From Patescibacteria group bacterium (GTDB taxonomy: Bacteria; Patescibacteriota; Minisyncoccia; Phycocordibacterales; Phycocordibacteraceae): a DNA stretch of 64,000 nt. Shown here piece after piece: positions 47,347 through 57,656 of the stretch. Where the stretch lies: assembly GCA_040390125.1 (NCBI GenBank), contig JAZJYZ010000001.1, positions 506,396-570,395 on the forward strand, given 5' to 3'. A program made the translations under genes and the position numbers. Numbering within the stretch: position 1 is the stretch's first letter; every line of letters begins with the position of its first letter. The notes under the pieces are model-generated. The model had not been told where the DNA came from. It saw only the letters and a program-made list of their open reading frames with translations, and made no database searches.

Positions 47347-48486
47347 ATGAAAATCGTTTTGACAGGAGGAGGTACAGGAGGGCATTTTTACCCAGTTATA
47401 GCAGTTGCTGAAGCCCTACAGGATATTGCAAAAGAGAAAAAATTGATTGACCCCGAGCTCTACTTCTTCGGGCCAGCTGCGTTTGATGAGCGAGCATTGT
47501 ATGAAAATGGCATCACGTTTGTAAAAACTCCGGCAGGAAAAATACGACGGTATTTTTCTATTCTCAATTTCTTTGATTTTTTTAAAACTGGATGGGGAAT
47601 ACTCGAGACGTGCCTTACGTTGTATAAAATTTTCCCTGACGTTGTTTTCTCAAAAGGAGGTTACGGAAGTGTGCCTACATTGATAGCGGCGAAAATTTTA
47701 CGTATTCCCGTCATCGCACATGACTCTGACGCAGTGCCTGGGCGTGCAACCATGCTTGCTGCACCCTTCGCAAAAAAAATTGGCATCTCATATGAAGAAG
47801 CCTACGAATATTTTCCTGAAAAAATACGAGCAAAAGTAGCACTTGTGGGAAATCCAGTGCGCAGAGAACTTCGAGATCCTGCTCGCGAAGGAGCACAAGA
47901 GTTTTTGGAACTTGAGCACAACGTCCCTGTATTACTTTTCCTTGGTGGCTCCCTTGGCGCAGAAAAACTCAATAATACTATTCTTGAAGCCTTGCCGGGA
48001 CTCATCGATCGCTATCAGGTAATACATCAAGCAGGACAAATTCATATCAAATCAGTCGCAGAAACAGCGCAAGTTATTTTAGGAAAAAATGAGAGGCGTT
48101 ACAGATATAAACCATACGGCTACTTATCGTCACTCGCACTCAAAATGTCTGCGGGAGCGGCTGATTTAGTCATAACACGCGCAGGTTCAGGCTCTATTGC
48201 AGAAGTTGCATCGTGGAAGAAGGCCTCCATTCTTATTCCTATTCCGGAAGAGGTAAGTCGAGATCAACGCTCAAATGCATTTGCCTATGCACGCTCAGGT
48301 GCTGCGATTGTTATGGAACAGGCAAATCTTACTCCACACCTATTACTTTCAGAGATAGATAGACTGTTTACCAATCCAAAAGTTCGAAACGATATGGCAG
48401 AAGCTGCGGGTAAGTTTGCCAAAAGTGATTCAGCAAAAACAATAGCGCAAATGGTCATAGACACGGCTCTGGAGCATGAAAGCTAG
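47347..48486 (+). CDS. murG: MurG glycosyltransferase
   Basis: GGGTGGHFYP, SKGGY, GNPVR, GGSLGA, RAG. Confidence 0.97.
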   Translation: MKIVLTGGGTGGHFYPVIAVAEALQDIAKEKKLIDPELYFFGPAAFDERALYENGITFVKTPAGKIRRYFSILNFFDFFKTGWGILETCLTLYKIFPDVVFSKGGYGSVPTLIAAKILRIPVIAHDSDAVPGRATMLAAPFAKKIGISYEEAYEYFPEKIRAKVALVGNPVRRELRDPAREGAQEFLELEHNVPVLLFLGGSLGAEKLNNTILEALPGLIDRYQVIHQAGQIHIKSVAETAQVILGKNERRYRYKPYGYLSSLALKMSAGAADLVITRAGSGSIAEVASWKKASILIPIPEEVSRDQRSNAFAYARSGAAIVMEQANLTPHLLLSEIDRLFTNPKVRNDMAEAAGKFAKSDSAKTIAQMVIDTALEHES

Positions 48487-48588
48487 CTTTCAGCTGTCAG
48501 CTTCCAGGTTTCAGCTTTAATACCACATCAAAATTAATAAAGCTGGCATTTAAAAGCTGGAAGCTGTAACCTGACAGCTGGAAGTTCT
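48481..48588. repeat. heptamer array with inverted arms (AGCTTTC type)
   Basis: Between murG and gltX; overlaps the murG stop. Confidence 0.88.
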
Positions 48589-48592
48589 AAAT

Positions 48593-50038
48593 ATGAATGT
48601 AGTAACTCGATTTGCCCCTAGTCCAACCGGCTTTATGCATATTGGCAGTGTTCGCACCGCACTTTTTGCATATCTGTTTGCTAAAAAAAATAATGGCACC
48701 CTGATACTCCGTATTGAAGATACTGATCAGGCTCGTGAAGTTGAAGGCTCAATACAGCACATTCAGGATTCACTTTCTTGGCTTGGTATTGATTGGCAGT
48801 ACGGACCTGAAAAGCCAGGGCCTTTTGGTTCCTGCATCCAGTCAGAGCGAATGGACTCTTACAGAGAGTTTGCAAAAAAACTCATGGACGCTGGGCATGC
48901 GTACCCTGACCCCTATACACCTGAACAAATTACTGCTTTCAGAGAAACTGCAAAATTAGAAAAACGACCATTTCTTTTTCGAGATCATCGTCCGGAAACA
49001 TTTGATGCGTGGGATGGCAAAGCTCCACTGCGGTTTAAGGTTCCTGAAATAAAGAGATACAAATGGAATGATGCGGTGCGTGGTGAACTTGAAGCAGGGG
49101 AGGAAGCACTGGACGATTTTATTCTAATGAAAGGCGATGGCTACCCGACGTACAACTTTGCACACATTGTTGACGACCATCTGATGGGTGTGACTCATAT
49201 TTTCCGGGCGGATGAATTTATTTCATCAACTCCAAGATTTTTGAGCCTCTATGATGCCTTGGGAGTTACGCCACCAATCTTTGTTACCTTACCCCCAATA
49301 CTTCGTGACGACCGCACCAAAAAACTAGGGAAACGTGATGGTGCAAAAGACGTCCTCGAATACAGAACAGAAGGCTATCTACCAGAAGCGATTGTTAACT
49401 ACCTTGCACTCATCGGCTGGAACCCAGGAACCGATGAAGAGGTTTTTTCGCAAGAAGATTTAGTGGAAAGATTCAGTATCGATCAGATTCAGAAAAGCGG
49501 GGGTGCATTCGATGAGACAAAACTAAAATGGTTCAATCGTGAGCACATTTTGAGGCTTACTCCTGAAAAATTCCTGCATTATGCTTCAGGATTTCTTTCT
49601 GCAAAAACAAAAGCTGATCTGAAAAAAAAGAATCTATTCGAGAAACTCGTACCCCTAATGCGTGAACGGATTCAGACGTTTGCAGAATTGAAAGACATGG
49701 ACGAGGCGGGGGAGTTTGCTTTCTATGCCGAAACTCCTGTGTACCCCGTGGGAGGCCTACTCTCAAAAGACGAACCTGACAAAGCAAAAACCGCAACACG
49801 CCTTCGTTATGTTGCTTCAGCATTAAGTGCTTTGAACGAAAGTGAGTGGCATGAGCAGAAAATAAAAGAAACCATCTGGCCATACGCTGAAGAGAAGGGG
49901 AGGGGAGCCGTCTTGTGGCCGTTCCGTTTCGCCCTTTCAGGTAGAAGTAAGTCCCCTGACCCGTTCATTATTGCGTCAATAATAGGAAAAAAAGAAACTC
50001 TCGCACGCATTGAAGATGCCGCCCGCAATCTCGGATAA
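48593..50038 (+). CDS. gltX: glutamate--tRNA ligase
   Basis: RFAPSPTG.HIG, LRIEDTD, PTYNFA..VDD, KLGKR. Confidence 0.97.
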   Translation: MNVVTRFAPSPTGFMHIGSVRTALFAYLFAKKNNGTLILRIEDTDQAREVEGSIQHIQDSLSWLGIDWQYGPEKPGPFGSCIQSERMDSYREFAKKLMDAGHAYPDPYTPEQITAFRETAKLEKRPFLFRDHRPETFDAWDGKAPLRFKVPEIKRYKWNDAVRGELEAGEEALDDFILMKGDGYPTYNFAHIVDDHLMGVTHIFRADEFISSTPRFLSLYDALGVTPPIFVTLPPILRDDRTKKLGKRDGAKDVLEYRTEGYLPEAIVNYLALIGWNPGTDEEVFSQEDLVERFSIDQIQKSGGAFDETKLKWFNREHILRLTPEKFLHYASGFLSAKTKADLKKKNLFEKLVPLMRERIQTFAELKDMDEAGEFAFYAETPVYPVGGLLSKDEPDKAKTATRLRYVASALSALNESEWHEQKIKETIWPYAEEKGRGAVLWPFRFALSGRSKSPDPFIIASIIGKKETLARIEDAARNLG

Positions 50039-50040
50039 CA

Positions 50041-51414
50041 ATGAAATTAAAAAGTGTCTCTCCAAAGAAGTTTTCCGCATCATTGTTAGTTGTTTCTTTT
50101 GGAATGTTCTTAAGCCTGTCAGGGCTTATCCTCTTTGAATTGACGCCTACGGTCGCATGGGGAGAAACAGCGGAAGAAATTCAAATCAAGATAGCTGAAC
50201 AGAATGCAAAAATTGCTGCACTTGAAAAAGAAATTGCCGAGTACGAAAGCACTCTCTACACAATAGGTGGTGAAAAAACAACCCTGCAAGGAGAAATAAA
50301 CCGTATTGATGTCTCCCGCAAGAAGATCACAGCGACCGTCTCAGTTACGGAGAATAAGATCACCGCAGCGAATCTTTCATTAAAGAACCTCGGCGGAGCT
50401 ATCGAAGATAAAGGCAAACGCATCGAGAATTCAACCGAGACTATTCGTCAGTCGCTTCGCAACCTCTATCAGATAGGTGACACAACGATAGTCGAACAAC
50501 TCTTAGCTGCAGACGAGATACTGGAGGCATGGCAGGAGGTGGATAGGATAGGGCAGTTGGGGATCGCTTTGAGAAAGGAGATCGTTGAGCTTCAGACCAC
50601 CAAAGAATCGCTTACGGTCGACTACAGCACTACAGAAAAAGAGAAAGCCAAACTCGTGTCACTAAAAAAACAGCTCTCCGACCAGAAGATACTTTTGGAT
50701 CAAAACCGAAAAGAACAAGAGACGCTTCTTGCACAAACCAAGAACAAAGAATCCACGTTCCAAAAACTACTTGCTGAAAAACAAGCCGCAAAAGCACAGT
50801 TCGAAAAGCAATTGAATGATTACGAAGCTAGTTTGAAATATACCCTCGATCCGAACTCTATACCGAAAGCAGGCAGTGGTGTCCTATCGTTTCCAATTGA
50901 CCCTGCATTCATGAACCGATGTAAAAGTCGCTCTGGAACCTTTGGCAACATCTACTGCCTTACTCAATACTTCGGAAATACCGATTTTGCTCAAAGCGGA
51001 GCCTATAACGGCAAAGGGCACAACGGTGTCGATTTTGGGACACCAGAAGGCACTCGCATTGTTTCGGCGCTTGGAGGTACGGTGGTAGACACAGGAAACA
51101 CTGATTTGTATAAAGGTTGTTACTCCTATGGGAAATGGGTGTTTGTGCGTCATGAAAACGGTCTTTCAACCATCTATGCACACCTTTCTGTTATAAGTGT
51201 CGTGAAAGGTCAAAGTGTCAGCACGGGAAGCCTTTTGGGCTATAGCGGGAAAACAGGTTATGCGACAGGCCCACACCTTCACTTTGGCGTATATGTCTCG
51301 AGCGCAGCTAAAGTTATCAGACTTGGAGACGTTAAATCTATAACCAAATGCGGGTCTGCTTATATGCCCGTTGCTCCTACAGAGGCATATTTGAATCCGA
51401 TGAAATACCTTTAA
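50041..51414 (+). CDS. coiled-coil plus M23 peptidase (EnvC/NlpD-like)
   Basis: Signal peptide, long coiled coil, HNGVD, YAHL, GPHLHF. Confidence 0.93.
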   Translation: MKLKSVSPKKFSASLLVVSFGMFLSLSGLILFELTPTVAWGETAEEIQIKIAEQNAKIAALEKEIAEYESTLYTIGGEKTTLQGEINRIDVSRKKITATVSVTENKITAANLSLKNLGGAIEDKGKRIENSTETIRQSLRNLYQIGDTTIVEQLLAADEILEAWQEVDRIGQLGIALRKEIVELQTTKESLTVDYSTTEKEKAKLVSLKKQLSDQKILLDQNRKEQETLLAQTKNKESTFQKLLAEKQAAKAQFEKQLNDYEASLKYTLDPNSIPKAGSGVLSFPIDPAFMNRCKSRSGTFGNIYCLTQYFGNTDFAQSGAYNGKGHNGVDFGTPEGTRIVSALGGTVVDTGNTDLYKGCYSYGKWVFVRHENGLSTIYAHLSVISVVKGQSVSTGSLLGYSGKTGYATGPHLHFGVYVSSAAKVIRLGDVKSITKCGSAYMPVAPTEAYLNPMKYL

Positions 51415-51415
51415 C

Positions 51416-51515
51416 TAGGGGTTAGTGTTTAGGGTCTAGTGGTTAGGCGATGCCTCATCGGATCCGAAGGGGTCATTAGGGAAAACCTAAACCCTGTACA
51501 CTAAACACTGTTCAC
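51416..51515. repeat. heptamer array with inverted arms and a nested 31-bp mini-element (51449-51479)
   Basis: tagggg ttagtgt ttagggt ctagtgg ... aaaccta aaccctg tacacta aacactg. Confidence 0.8.
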
Positions 51516-51664
51516 TTTGCTGTTTAATAAACAATCCACACCAAATACTTCGGAAGTCCGGAAAGATGTAATTCGGGTGTTCAATGTATATGTCGATCTT
51601 TATTATGTAGAAGTTTTAATTAATAAGCTAACAGCTAGAAGCTGAAAGCTATAAGCTAATTTTT

Positions 51665-51907
51665 ATGAAATATTTGCATATGCTTGCGTTCCTACTCCTT
51701 GTAGTAGGTGGCCTTAACTGGGGTCTTGTGGGCCTTGGTGGTTTTATGGGTGGCGACTGGAATGTCGTCAACATGATTCTCGGTAGCTGGCCACAAGTGG
51801 AGTGGGCTGTATACGTCCTCGTAGGTCTCTCAGCAGTCTGGCTTGTGCTCACTCACAAGAAGGAGTGCATGATGTGCGTGGCAGGCTCTGCTGGCCCAAT
51901 GGCATAA
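51665..51907 (+). CDS. DUF378 family membrane protein
   Basis: LLVVGGLNWGLVG...VYVLVGLSA. Confidence 0.9.
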   Translation: MKYLHMLAFLLLVVGGLNWGLVGLGGFMGGDWNVVNMILGSWPQVEWAVYVLVGLSAVWLVLTHKKECMMCVAGSAGPMA

Positions 51908-51926
51908 ATTCAATACCATTAGGTAT

Positions 51927-51959
51927 TTTAAAAACCCTCCAAGCTGGAGGGTTTTTAAA
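51927..51959. terminator. bidirectional intrinsic terminator
   Basis: aaaaaccctcca-agc-tggagggttttt. Confidence 0.85.
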
Positions 51960-51963
51960 TGAT

Positions 51964-51992
51964 TTGACATACCAGTAGGGGAGATGTATAAA
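51964..51992 (+). promoter_or_regulatory. sigma70-like promoter
   Basis: TTGACA-N17-TATAAA, 7 nt before ATG 52000. Confidence 0.65.
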
Positions 51993-51999
51993 TTTCTAT

Positions 52000-52170
52000 A
52001 TGAGCGAAATTGGCAAAAGAGAAACACCTTGCACTCACCCTATTTTATCTAGCACAATTTACGGCTACGATTTACTTAGAGGACGCACTTTACGTGAATG
52101 TCTAATTTGTGGCGATAGCTTTTCGACACCCTCCCCATGGATTAAATCAAGCATACTTCCACATCCTTAG
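52000..52170 (+). CDS. candidate 56-aa zinc-ribbon small protein; not in the ORF track
   Basis: MSEIGKRETPCTHP...RECLICGDSF...; good promoter upstream. Confidence 0.55.
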   Translation: MSEIGKRETPCTHPILSSTIYGYDLLRGRTLRECLICGDSFSTPSPWIKSSILPHP

Positions 52171-52742
52171 CTCCCCATATATACTTCGTAAAAGCCTAAA
52201 AGAAAAAAGAGACATGACTCAAGGAAGTAGCTCACGGCCGGAAAAAATAGGAAAACACTCTAAGCCTTATTATGCTCGTAGTAAAGGCTTCCATAAATAT
52301 GGGGAAAGGTATATTCCAAAAGAAATAAAACAACGGATTGATAAAGATATACGTGCATTACGTGTACCAACTACAGAGAAGTAAATTCCCATGGTTGGCA
52401 AAATAGGGGAGTGCGACTCCCCCGATATCAAGTTCTTTTTTTGAAGCCTTTCTTCTACTTAAATATTTCAATGTATCGGAAGAAGAAAGAGATGTAGATA
52501 TCTCTTTGCTTGTGTCACGTTGGCGTGCGTTATAGATGGGTTAGAAGCTGATTAGCCCTCTAAGGAAAGCTTTCGAACCACTGCCCGGGATTCTCTCTAT
52601 GGATACTTCGTAAAAGATATATTGTGCGAAGTACTCCTAATCCTATTCCCTCTAGCAAAGGTCAGTTAAGAAAAGGATTTAATCTTCATCGTCCTCTCGA
52701 GCGAGTCTCCTTTCGTCTCGTTCATTTGCTTCGTGACGACGA

Positions 52743-53093
52743 TCAGTCATAAGAGTAAAGTCGTATCTTATTAAGATTCTTGAAATGGAAAATTCTATCA
52801 CCAATAAGAAATGTACGATAATTTAATTGACGAAACACACCACTAAAAACACCAACAACTCCAAAGGGTCTTACTTCGATCTCGACATTATCTCCATCTT
52901 TTACTTCTGCCTCTTCAACTTTTCTGTACCCTACCGCCTCAGCTTTATGACGACCCTTATTACGCCGAGTCTTCCATATCCGCCATTCGGTATCCACCGG
53001 TTCTGGGCCAAATCGTAGTGTTGTTGGAATTTCAGTCACAGACAACATATTGACACGATAAGAAGAATATGTCAAATACGATACTGCCTGCAC
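52743..53093 (-). CDS. hypothetical protein (start probably ~53048)
   Basis: ORF only. Confidence 0.45.
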   Translation of the reverse strand: MQAVSYLTYSSYRVNMLSVTEIPTTLRFGPEPVDTEWRIWKTRRNKGRHKAEAVGYRKVEEAEVKDGDNVEIEVRPFGVVGVFSGVFRQLNYRTFLIGDRIFHFKNLNKIRLYSYD

Positions 53094-53767
53094 CCTAAAT
53101 ACCCTTAAGAAAAACGACGACCACGTGCCTTGCTAGCGCAAGAAGGAAAATGATAACCCCAAACGCCACCGCAGTATTCGTTTTTGCAGGTAAAAGATTT
53201 CATTTCTCTTTTCACTGCTGGATGAGCAAGAGAGTCCCTAGGTATTGGGTTTTTATAGGCATCTAAATAACGCATGAATTTTAAGTTATTTATTTTGGTT
53301 TTCTTGGCTTTCCTCTTCGTTTTCCTCTTTTTCTTGGTTTTACCCCAAACATTTCTTGAAGAAGAATCGGTGCAGTTTCTTGCATCTGCTTCAAAACTGC
53401 AGCTCTTTGGTGTCGATTCCCGTCAGCACCAGACCTCTTTAGACGCTCCGGTCTACTATCGCTCCCGTGTGGCATAACGAGCACAATAACACCTTACTTT
53501 GATATGTCAATTAATAACGGGAGTTACGGACAGAATAGACTTTACGATTTTGGCTATTCGTGAGAACATTAAGAATGATAGAAAACGATTTAAGCCATTG
53601 GCTGAACTTGGCATTCTTTACGATTGTCATCCTTGCTTTCTTGAAAGACAGCAATAGCTGATTTGAATTGGAAAATCACTCCCCTTCTTACTTTACTTCT
53701 ATTTTTTTGCTAATGATCCCTCCGAAATCGCCTATCCCCTAAACGCTAACCACTAAACCCTAGCTAT

Positions 53768-54055
53768 ATGTCTCAAGAATTTGATTTCAATTCTGTTCCT
53801 TCAAAGCTGTTCATCGATACCGTGAACGTAAGGGTCATCAATGGGCTTCTGCACCTTGCTCTTCAATCCGGACAAACAACTTCATGCTTCCTACTCCCCC
53901 TCCCTGCTGCAAAAATGATAGCCAAGGCGATAACCAAGCAAGTAGAAGAAATAGAAGAGAAAAACAACATAAAATTTGACGACCGCCTTCCCAACGAGCC
54001 AATGCTGAGTCCCTGGACTTCAAAAAACGAAGGGGGTGCTCCGGAGCAAAAGTAG
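53768..54055 (+). CDS. hypothetical protein (DUF3467-like pattern possible)
   Basis: Beta-rich N-terminal half, then P..AK amphipathic helix. Confidence 0.65.
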   Translation: MSQEFDFNSVPSKLFIDTVNVRVINGLLHLALQSGQTTSCFLLPLPAAKMIAKAITKQVEEIEEKNNIKFDDRLPNEPMLSPWTSKNEGGAPEQK

Positions 54056-54150
54056 AGGTAAAATTTACAATTTTCAATTACCAACCATTTCGGTATACTT
54101 GAAACATTACAACCTGTCAGCTCATTTTTACTCTATAAGAAAAGTGATTT

Positions 54151-54558
54151 ATGAATAACGACAAAAAAGCTTCTGTATTTATTCTTCTTGGGCGAGTTGC
54201 ACTGTCAGCGCTATTTATAATCTTTGGATTTCTAAAGATCGGCACCTTTGCGGGCATGGTGGCGTTTGCAACTTCTGCTGGTGTTCCCTTCCCCGAGCTC
54301 GCAATAACCCTCGCCATTGTAATTGAGCTTTTAGCTGGACTCATGGTGCTTGTGGGCTACCAAACAAAGTGGGCAGCGCTTGCCATAGCCCTCTTCCTTA
54401 TTCCTGTTACCTATTACTTCCACAGAAACTTTGCAGATCAGGTGAATCTAACTATGTTCTGGAAGAACATCTCAATCTTGGGCGGTATGCTCGTTCTTGC
54501 CGCCCACGGTGCAGGCAGGTACAGTATTGACGGCTACCTTGCGAAAAAGAGTTCGTAG
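54151..54558 (+). CDS. DoxX family membrane protein
   Basis: GRVALSALF...G..K, IELLAG, KN.SILGG, GAGRYSID. Confidence 0.93.
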   Translation: MNNDKKASVFILLGRVALSALFIIFGFLKIGTFAGMVAFATSAGVPFPELAITLAIVIELLAGLMVLVGYQTKWAALAIALFLIPVTYYFHRNFADQVNLTMFWKNISILGGMLVLAAHGAGRYSIDGYLAKKSS

Positions 54559-54585
54559 AATAAAAGAGGAAGTTTGCTCGGATAT

Positions 54586-54611
54586 AAAAAACTCCCTATA
54601 CAGGGAGTTTT
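54586..54611. terminator. intrinsic terminator
   Basis: aaaactccct-atac-agggagtttt. Confidence 0.75.
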
Positions 54612-54894
54612 GATATAAGGCTTTTGTTTTAAAATTATTTTATTCTTCTGACAGGAAAGAATGTTTGACGTAAAAGTTCATAGGCGCTCATAGGCCTTTG
54701 TCTAGGAGGTGTATTTTCTGAAGGCGGAACACCGGCCCGTTCGTCTGGTTTGGTTTTACGCTCAACAACTGGATAACCTGACTTAAGTTCTTCCGCCGAC
54801 CTCCCCGCCCATACCATAATTACTATATAGATTAGCTTTTACAAAGCAAAGTGTAACTAAGAGGATTCAGAAAAGCAATGGAGCTGTTTTGAAT

Positions 54895-55293
54895 TTACTT
54901 CACCGCCAAGTGTCCCCAGCAAGCCTTGGATGACTTCCATGGCCTGGTGCCTTGTTTCTCGTACAAATGCTTTGCATACGCAAGGTTACCGTCAAGACTA
55001 TAGATATTGATATTGAGCTCCTCAGCCTCCCCTTCGTGATACTGGGTATTGATTTGCATCACCCCGATATCGTCAGAGTTAACAACCCCACGGAGAATTT
55101 CTCCGTCCTCATCGATATGACGCAGTCTCGACTCGCACCAAGCGATATCGGCCAAAATAGGCGTATCGGCATAGTACTTCTCCACATACTCCTTCAACGT
55201 CTCTACGTTTGGAGCCTGCACTTCCTTGGTGGAGGTGGCTGCTGGCGTAGACATAGCAACGCTCGCTAGCAATAGCATTATTGGTAACAACAT
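54895..55293 (-). CDS. secreted lytic transglycosylase/lysozyme-like protein
   Basis: Signal peptide, IAWCESR, DIGVMQIN, N..YA..LY...G..PW. Confidence 0.85.
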   Translation of the reverse strand: MLLPIMLLLASVAMSTPAATSTKEVQAPNVETLKEYVEKYYADTPILADIAWCESRLRHIDEDGEILRGVVNSDDIGVMQINTQYHEGEAEELNINIYSLDGNLAYAKHLYEKQGTRPWKSSKACWGHLAVK

Positions 55294-55416
55294 ATGAATC
55301 TAATGATTTTTTTGGCTTTTAGCCTTTAGAGATGCAAGAAGATTGCGGGGGTTCCCCTTCGTAACAATCGTGCTTGGGGTACTAAAAAAGCCGGCCCGAA
55401 AGCCGACTACTTCAAT

Positions 55417-55445
55417 ACGTTAGCACTCGCATCATTTCGTGTCAA
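55417..55445 (-). promoter_or_regulatory. sigma70-like promoter of the transglycosylase gene
   Basis: TTGACA-N17-TAACGT with extended TG. Confidence 0.55.
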
Positions 55446-55587
55446 GCCTTGCGGAACCAAAAAAGACCTTTATATGGCTCAATGAAGCCGTATAAATGCT
55501 CATGAGGAAATCATGGTTTTTGCGTGTTTTTGAGGTTTTAAGTTTTTTTTCCACTAACCCCTATTCCCTATAACCTATAACCTATCT

Positions 55588-56313
55588 TCAACACTTGACC
55601 AGGTTCAAAACAGCCTCATGAGCCTCCTCGGGGCTATCTACGACATGGAAAAGAGCCAAATCTTCCTTATTGATGGTTTTGTACTTTGCCAAAAGGTGAT
55701 CTTTAAAGAAGGTAACTAGAGGTGTCCAGTACTCTCTATTGTAAAGAATTATCGGAATCCGCTTGATTTTATTGGTCTGAACTAAGGTCAAAATCTCGAA
55801 TAGCTCGTCCATGGTTCCAAAACCACCTGGGAAGTAAATATACACTTCGGAGGCGAAAGAGAGCATCACTTTTCGGGTAAAGAAGTAGTTGAAGAGGGCT
55901 GTATCAGTAAGGTAGGGGTTAACATGCTGTTCGTGTGCGAGCTTGATGTTAAGACCTACAGACTGCCCCCCTGCTTCAAATGCCCCCTTACTCGCAGACT
56001 CCATGATGCCCCCTGCGCCTCCAGTAATTACCACGAACCCTGATTTAGCGAGCTTTTCAGCAAGAAGTCTTGCGTCCTCATATACCTTAGGCTCCATTTG
56101 AGAGCGAGCAGAACCAAAAAAAGTTGCAGCGAGGCGATACTTACGAAGCATAGAGAAACCATCAATCAGCTCACCCATGATTCTGAAGATACGCCACGAC
56201 TCCATGTCTTTGGTGTGGTCGGTTTTTTCAGGATCGCACACACGCAAATCCCCCTCCATGCGATGCTCGCCAGGCGGATTTACGATGTTGTATTTTCTTT
56301 GTGGTTCAGACAT
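55588..56313 (-). CDS. LOG family protein (TIGR00730-like)
   Basis: FFGSAR, ITGGAGGIME, RK, PGGFGTMDE. Confidence 0.93.
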   Translation of the reverse strand: MSEPQRKYNIVNPPGEHRMEGDLRVCDPEKTDHTKDMESWRIFRIMGELIDGFSMLRKYRLAATFFGSARSQMEPKVYEDARLLAEKLAKSGFVVITGGAGGIMESASKGAFEAGGQSVGLNIKLAHEQHVNPYLTDTALFNYFFTRKVMLSFASEVYIYFPGGFGTMDELFEILTLVQTNKIKRIPIILYNREYWTPLVTFFKDHLLAKYKTINKEDLALFHVVDSPEEAHEAVLNLVKC

Positions 56314-56391
56314 ATGGGAAAGTGTAACATCTTGAACTACTAGCTTACAGCTTTCAGCTTTCAGCTTTCAGCTTTTGTGGAAGAAGAAAAA

Positions 56392-56991
56392 CTATTCGGA
56401 TAGCCAAGGGATGGGGTGGGTGGAAAATCCTGGAAGAAGAGGTTTATTGTAAAGGAGGCGGGAAGCTACCTCCGCATGCGATAGGGCACCGGTGAGAGCA
56501 TTATGAGGCTTTGGTTCTTCGGGGATGCCCACATACTTGAGGGCAGCATCCAAGGTGAGCTTAGTGTGATGTTTCTCCTCGTCAAATGGAGGCGTAATGT
56601 CTCGCTCAACCATGTGCATATAGGCAAGGCTGTGCGTATCGATAGTCCGATGGGCGAAAGGAAAATTGATACCTCCTCTCTCGCACGCTGCAATCAAGAA
56701 GTCTCTATCGAAAGAAGGATTCTGCCCTACAAAGGTTCTGTCGTGTACTTCTGCCGTCCAGACTATGAATTCCTGCACTAATTCTAATTCGCTTTTCTTT
56801 GAGGAATCTGTAGCCTCTGCGTTTGAAAAGCCATTCACCGCAAGTGCTTCTTCGTTTATATGTGCCCCCTCCCATACCCTACATTCGCCATAAAAACGCT
56901 TTGACGGCGTTTCTGTATCAACCGCACCAATCGATAGGATTGAATTCTTATGAGGTTCGGTTCCTGAGCATTCAATATCGAGAGCAATCAT
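56392..56991 (-). CDS. DEDDh 3'-5' exonuclease
   Basis: ALDIECSG, QNPSFDRDFL, IDT, HNALTGA (last Asp replaced by Gly). Confidence 0.88.
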   Translation of the reverse strand: MIALDIECSGTEPHKNSILSIGAVDTETPSKRFYGECRVWEGAHINEEALAVNGFSNAEATDSSKKSELELVQEFIVWTAEVHDRTFVGQNPSFDRDFLIAACERGGINFPFAHRTIDTHSLAYMHMVERDITPPFDEEKHHTKLTLDAALKYVGIPEEPKPHNALTGALSHAEVASRLLYNKPLLPGFSTHPIPWLSE

Positions 56992-57001
56992 TTGAGTAAG
57001 T

Positions 57002-57156
57002 TTACCGTCTAACGAGCCGAGGGGAAAGAGGACTTATGTTCTTTCCCGAGCGAGAGCTGACGGAAAAACATCCTAGGTTTTACAGCTTTCAGCTGTCAGG
57101 TGCCAGCTTTTTTCTGAATTCAAAGCTGAAAGCCGGAAGCTGAAAGCTAACAGCTA
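57002..57156 (-). repeat. composite element: 68-bp structured repeat plus heptamer array (copy 1)
   Basis: The reverse complement closely matches 62951-63091. Confidence 0.88.
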
Positions 57157-57158
57157 AT

Positions 57159-57575
57159 TCAGAGTCCATTACACCGCCCGGCATGGTAGCCCGCAGATTC
57201 GGCAGAGGCTCTGGTATTGAAATAAACTCTGTTCGCTACTGGAATTTTTATCGCTAGCGGGCACCATGGAAAGAAATACGTACTGCCAGTCTTGGACGCT
57301 ACATATGTGCCCGCAAGACTAGGTGGAGGGGGCAGTGAATCTGATCCTTCTGAAAATGACGAAACCTCGCCAATCCCAATGGCACCGAGGAGAGCTGAAG
57401 CACTTTGCCCATTTGGATACAGCACCTTAAATTCACCCTTTCCTCCGTAAAAAACCGATAATCTACCGAGCCCAAAAGCAAACAAAGCAACCAATATAAT
57501 CACCAGAACCACGAGTATGTTCTCCCGTAAGCGCCTCCAAACCACCTTGATTTTATTAGTGAAATCACGAAACAT
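57159..57575 (-). CDS. membrane-anchored protein with C-terminal Ada metal-binding-like domain
   Basis: YVASKTGSTYFFPWC...NRVYF...AESAGY..C. Confidence 0.8.
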   Translation of the reverse strand: MFRDFTNKIKVVWRRLRENILVVLVIILVALFAFGLGRLSVFYGGKGEFKVLYPNGQSASALLGAIGIGEVSSFSEGSDSLPPPPSLAGTYVASKTGSTYFFPWCPLAIKIPVANRVYFNTRASAESAGYHAGRCNGL

Positions 57576-57627
57576 AGTGAGTAGATTTCAGTTATACCCC
57601 GTTAAATCTGGCTCAAAGCCAGCCAGC

Positions 57628-57656
57628 TTGAAATTTTCCGTGAAAACAGTTATATT
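57628..57656 (+). promoter_or_regulatory. sigma70-like promoter of rpmA
   Basis: TTGAAA-N17-TATATT. Confidence 0.5.

Noticed and set aside
55420-55446. CIRCE element (TTAGCACTC half-site)
   Set aside because: The second half matches poorly, the site is explained by promoter elements, and the downstream gene is not a chaperone
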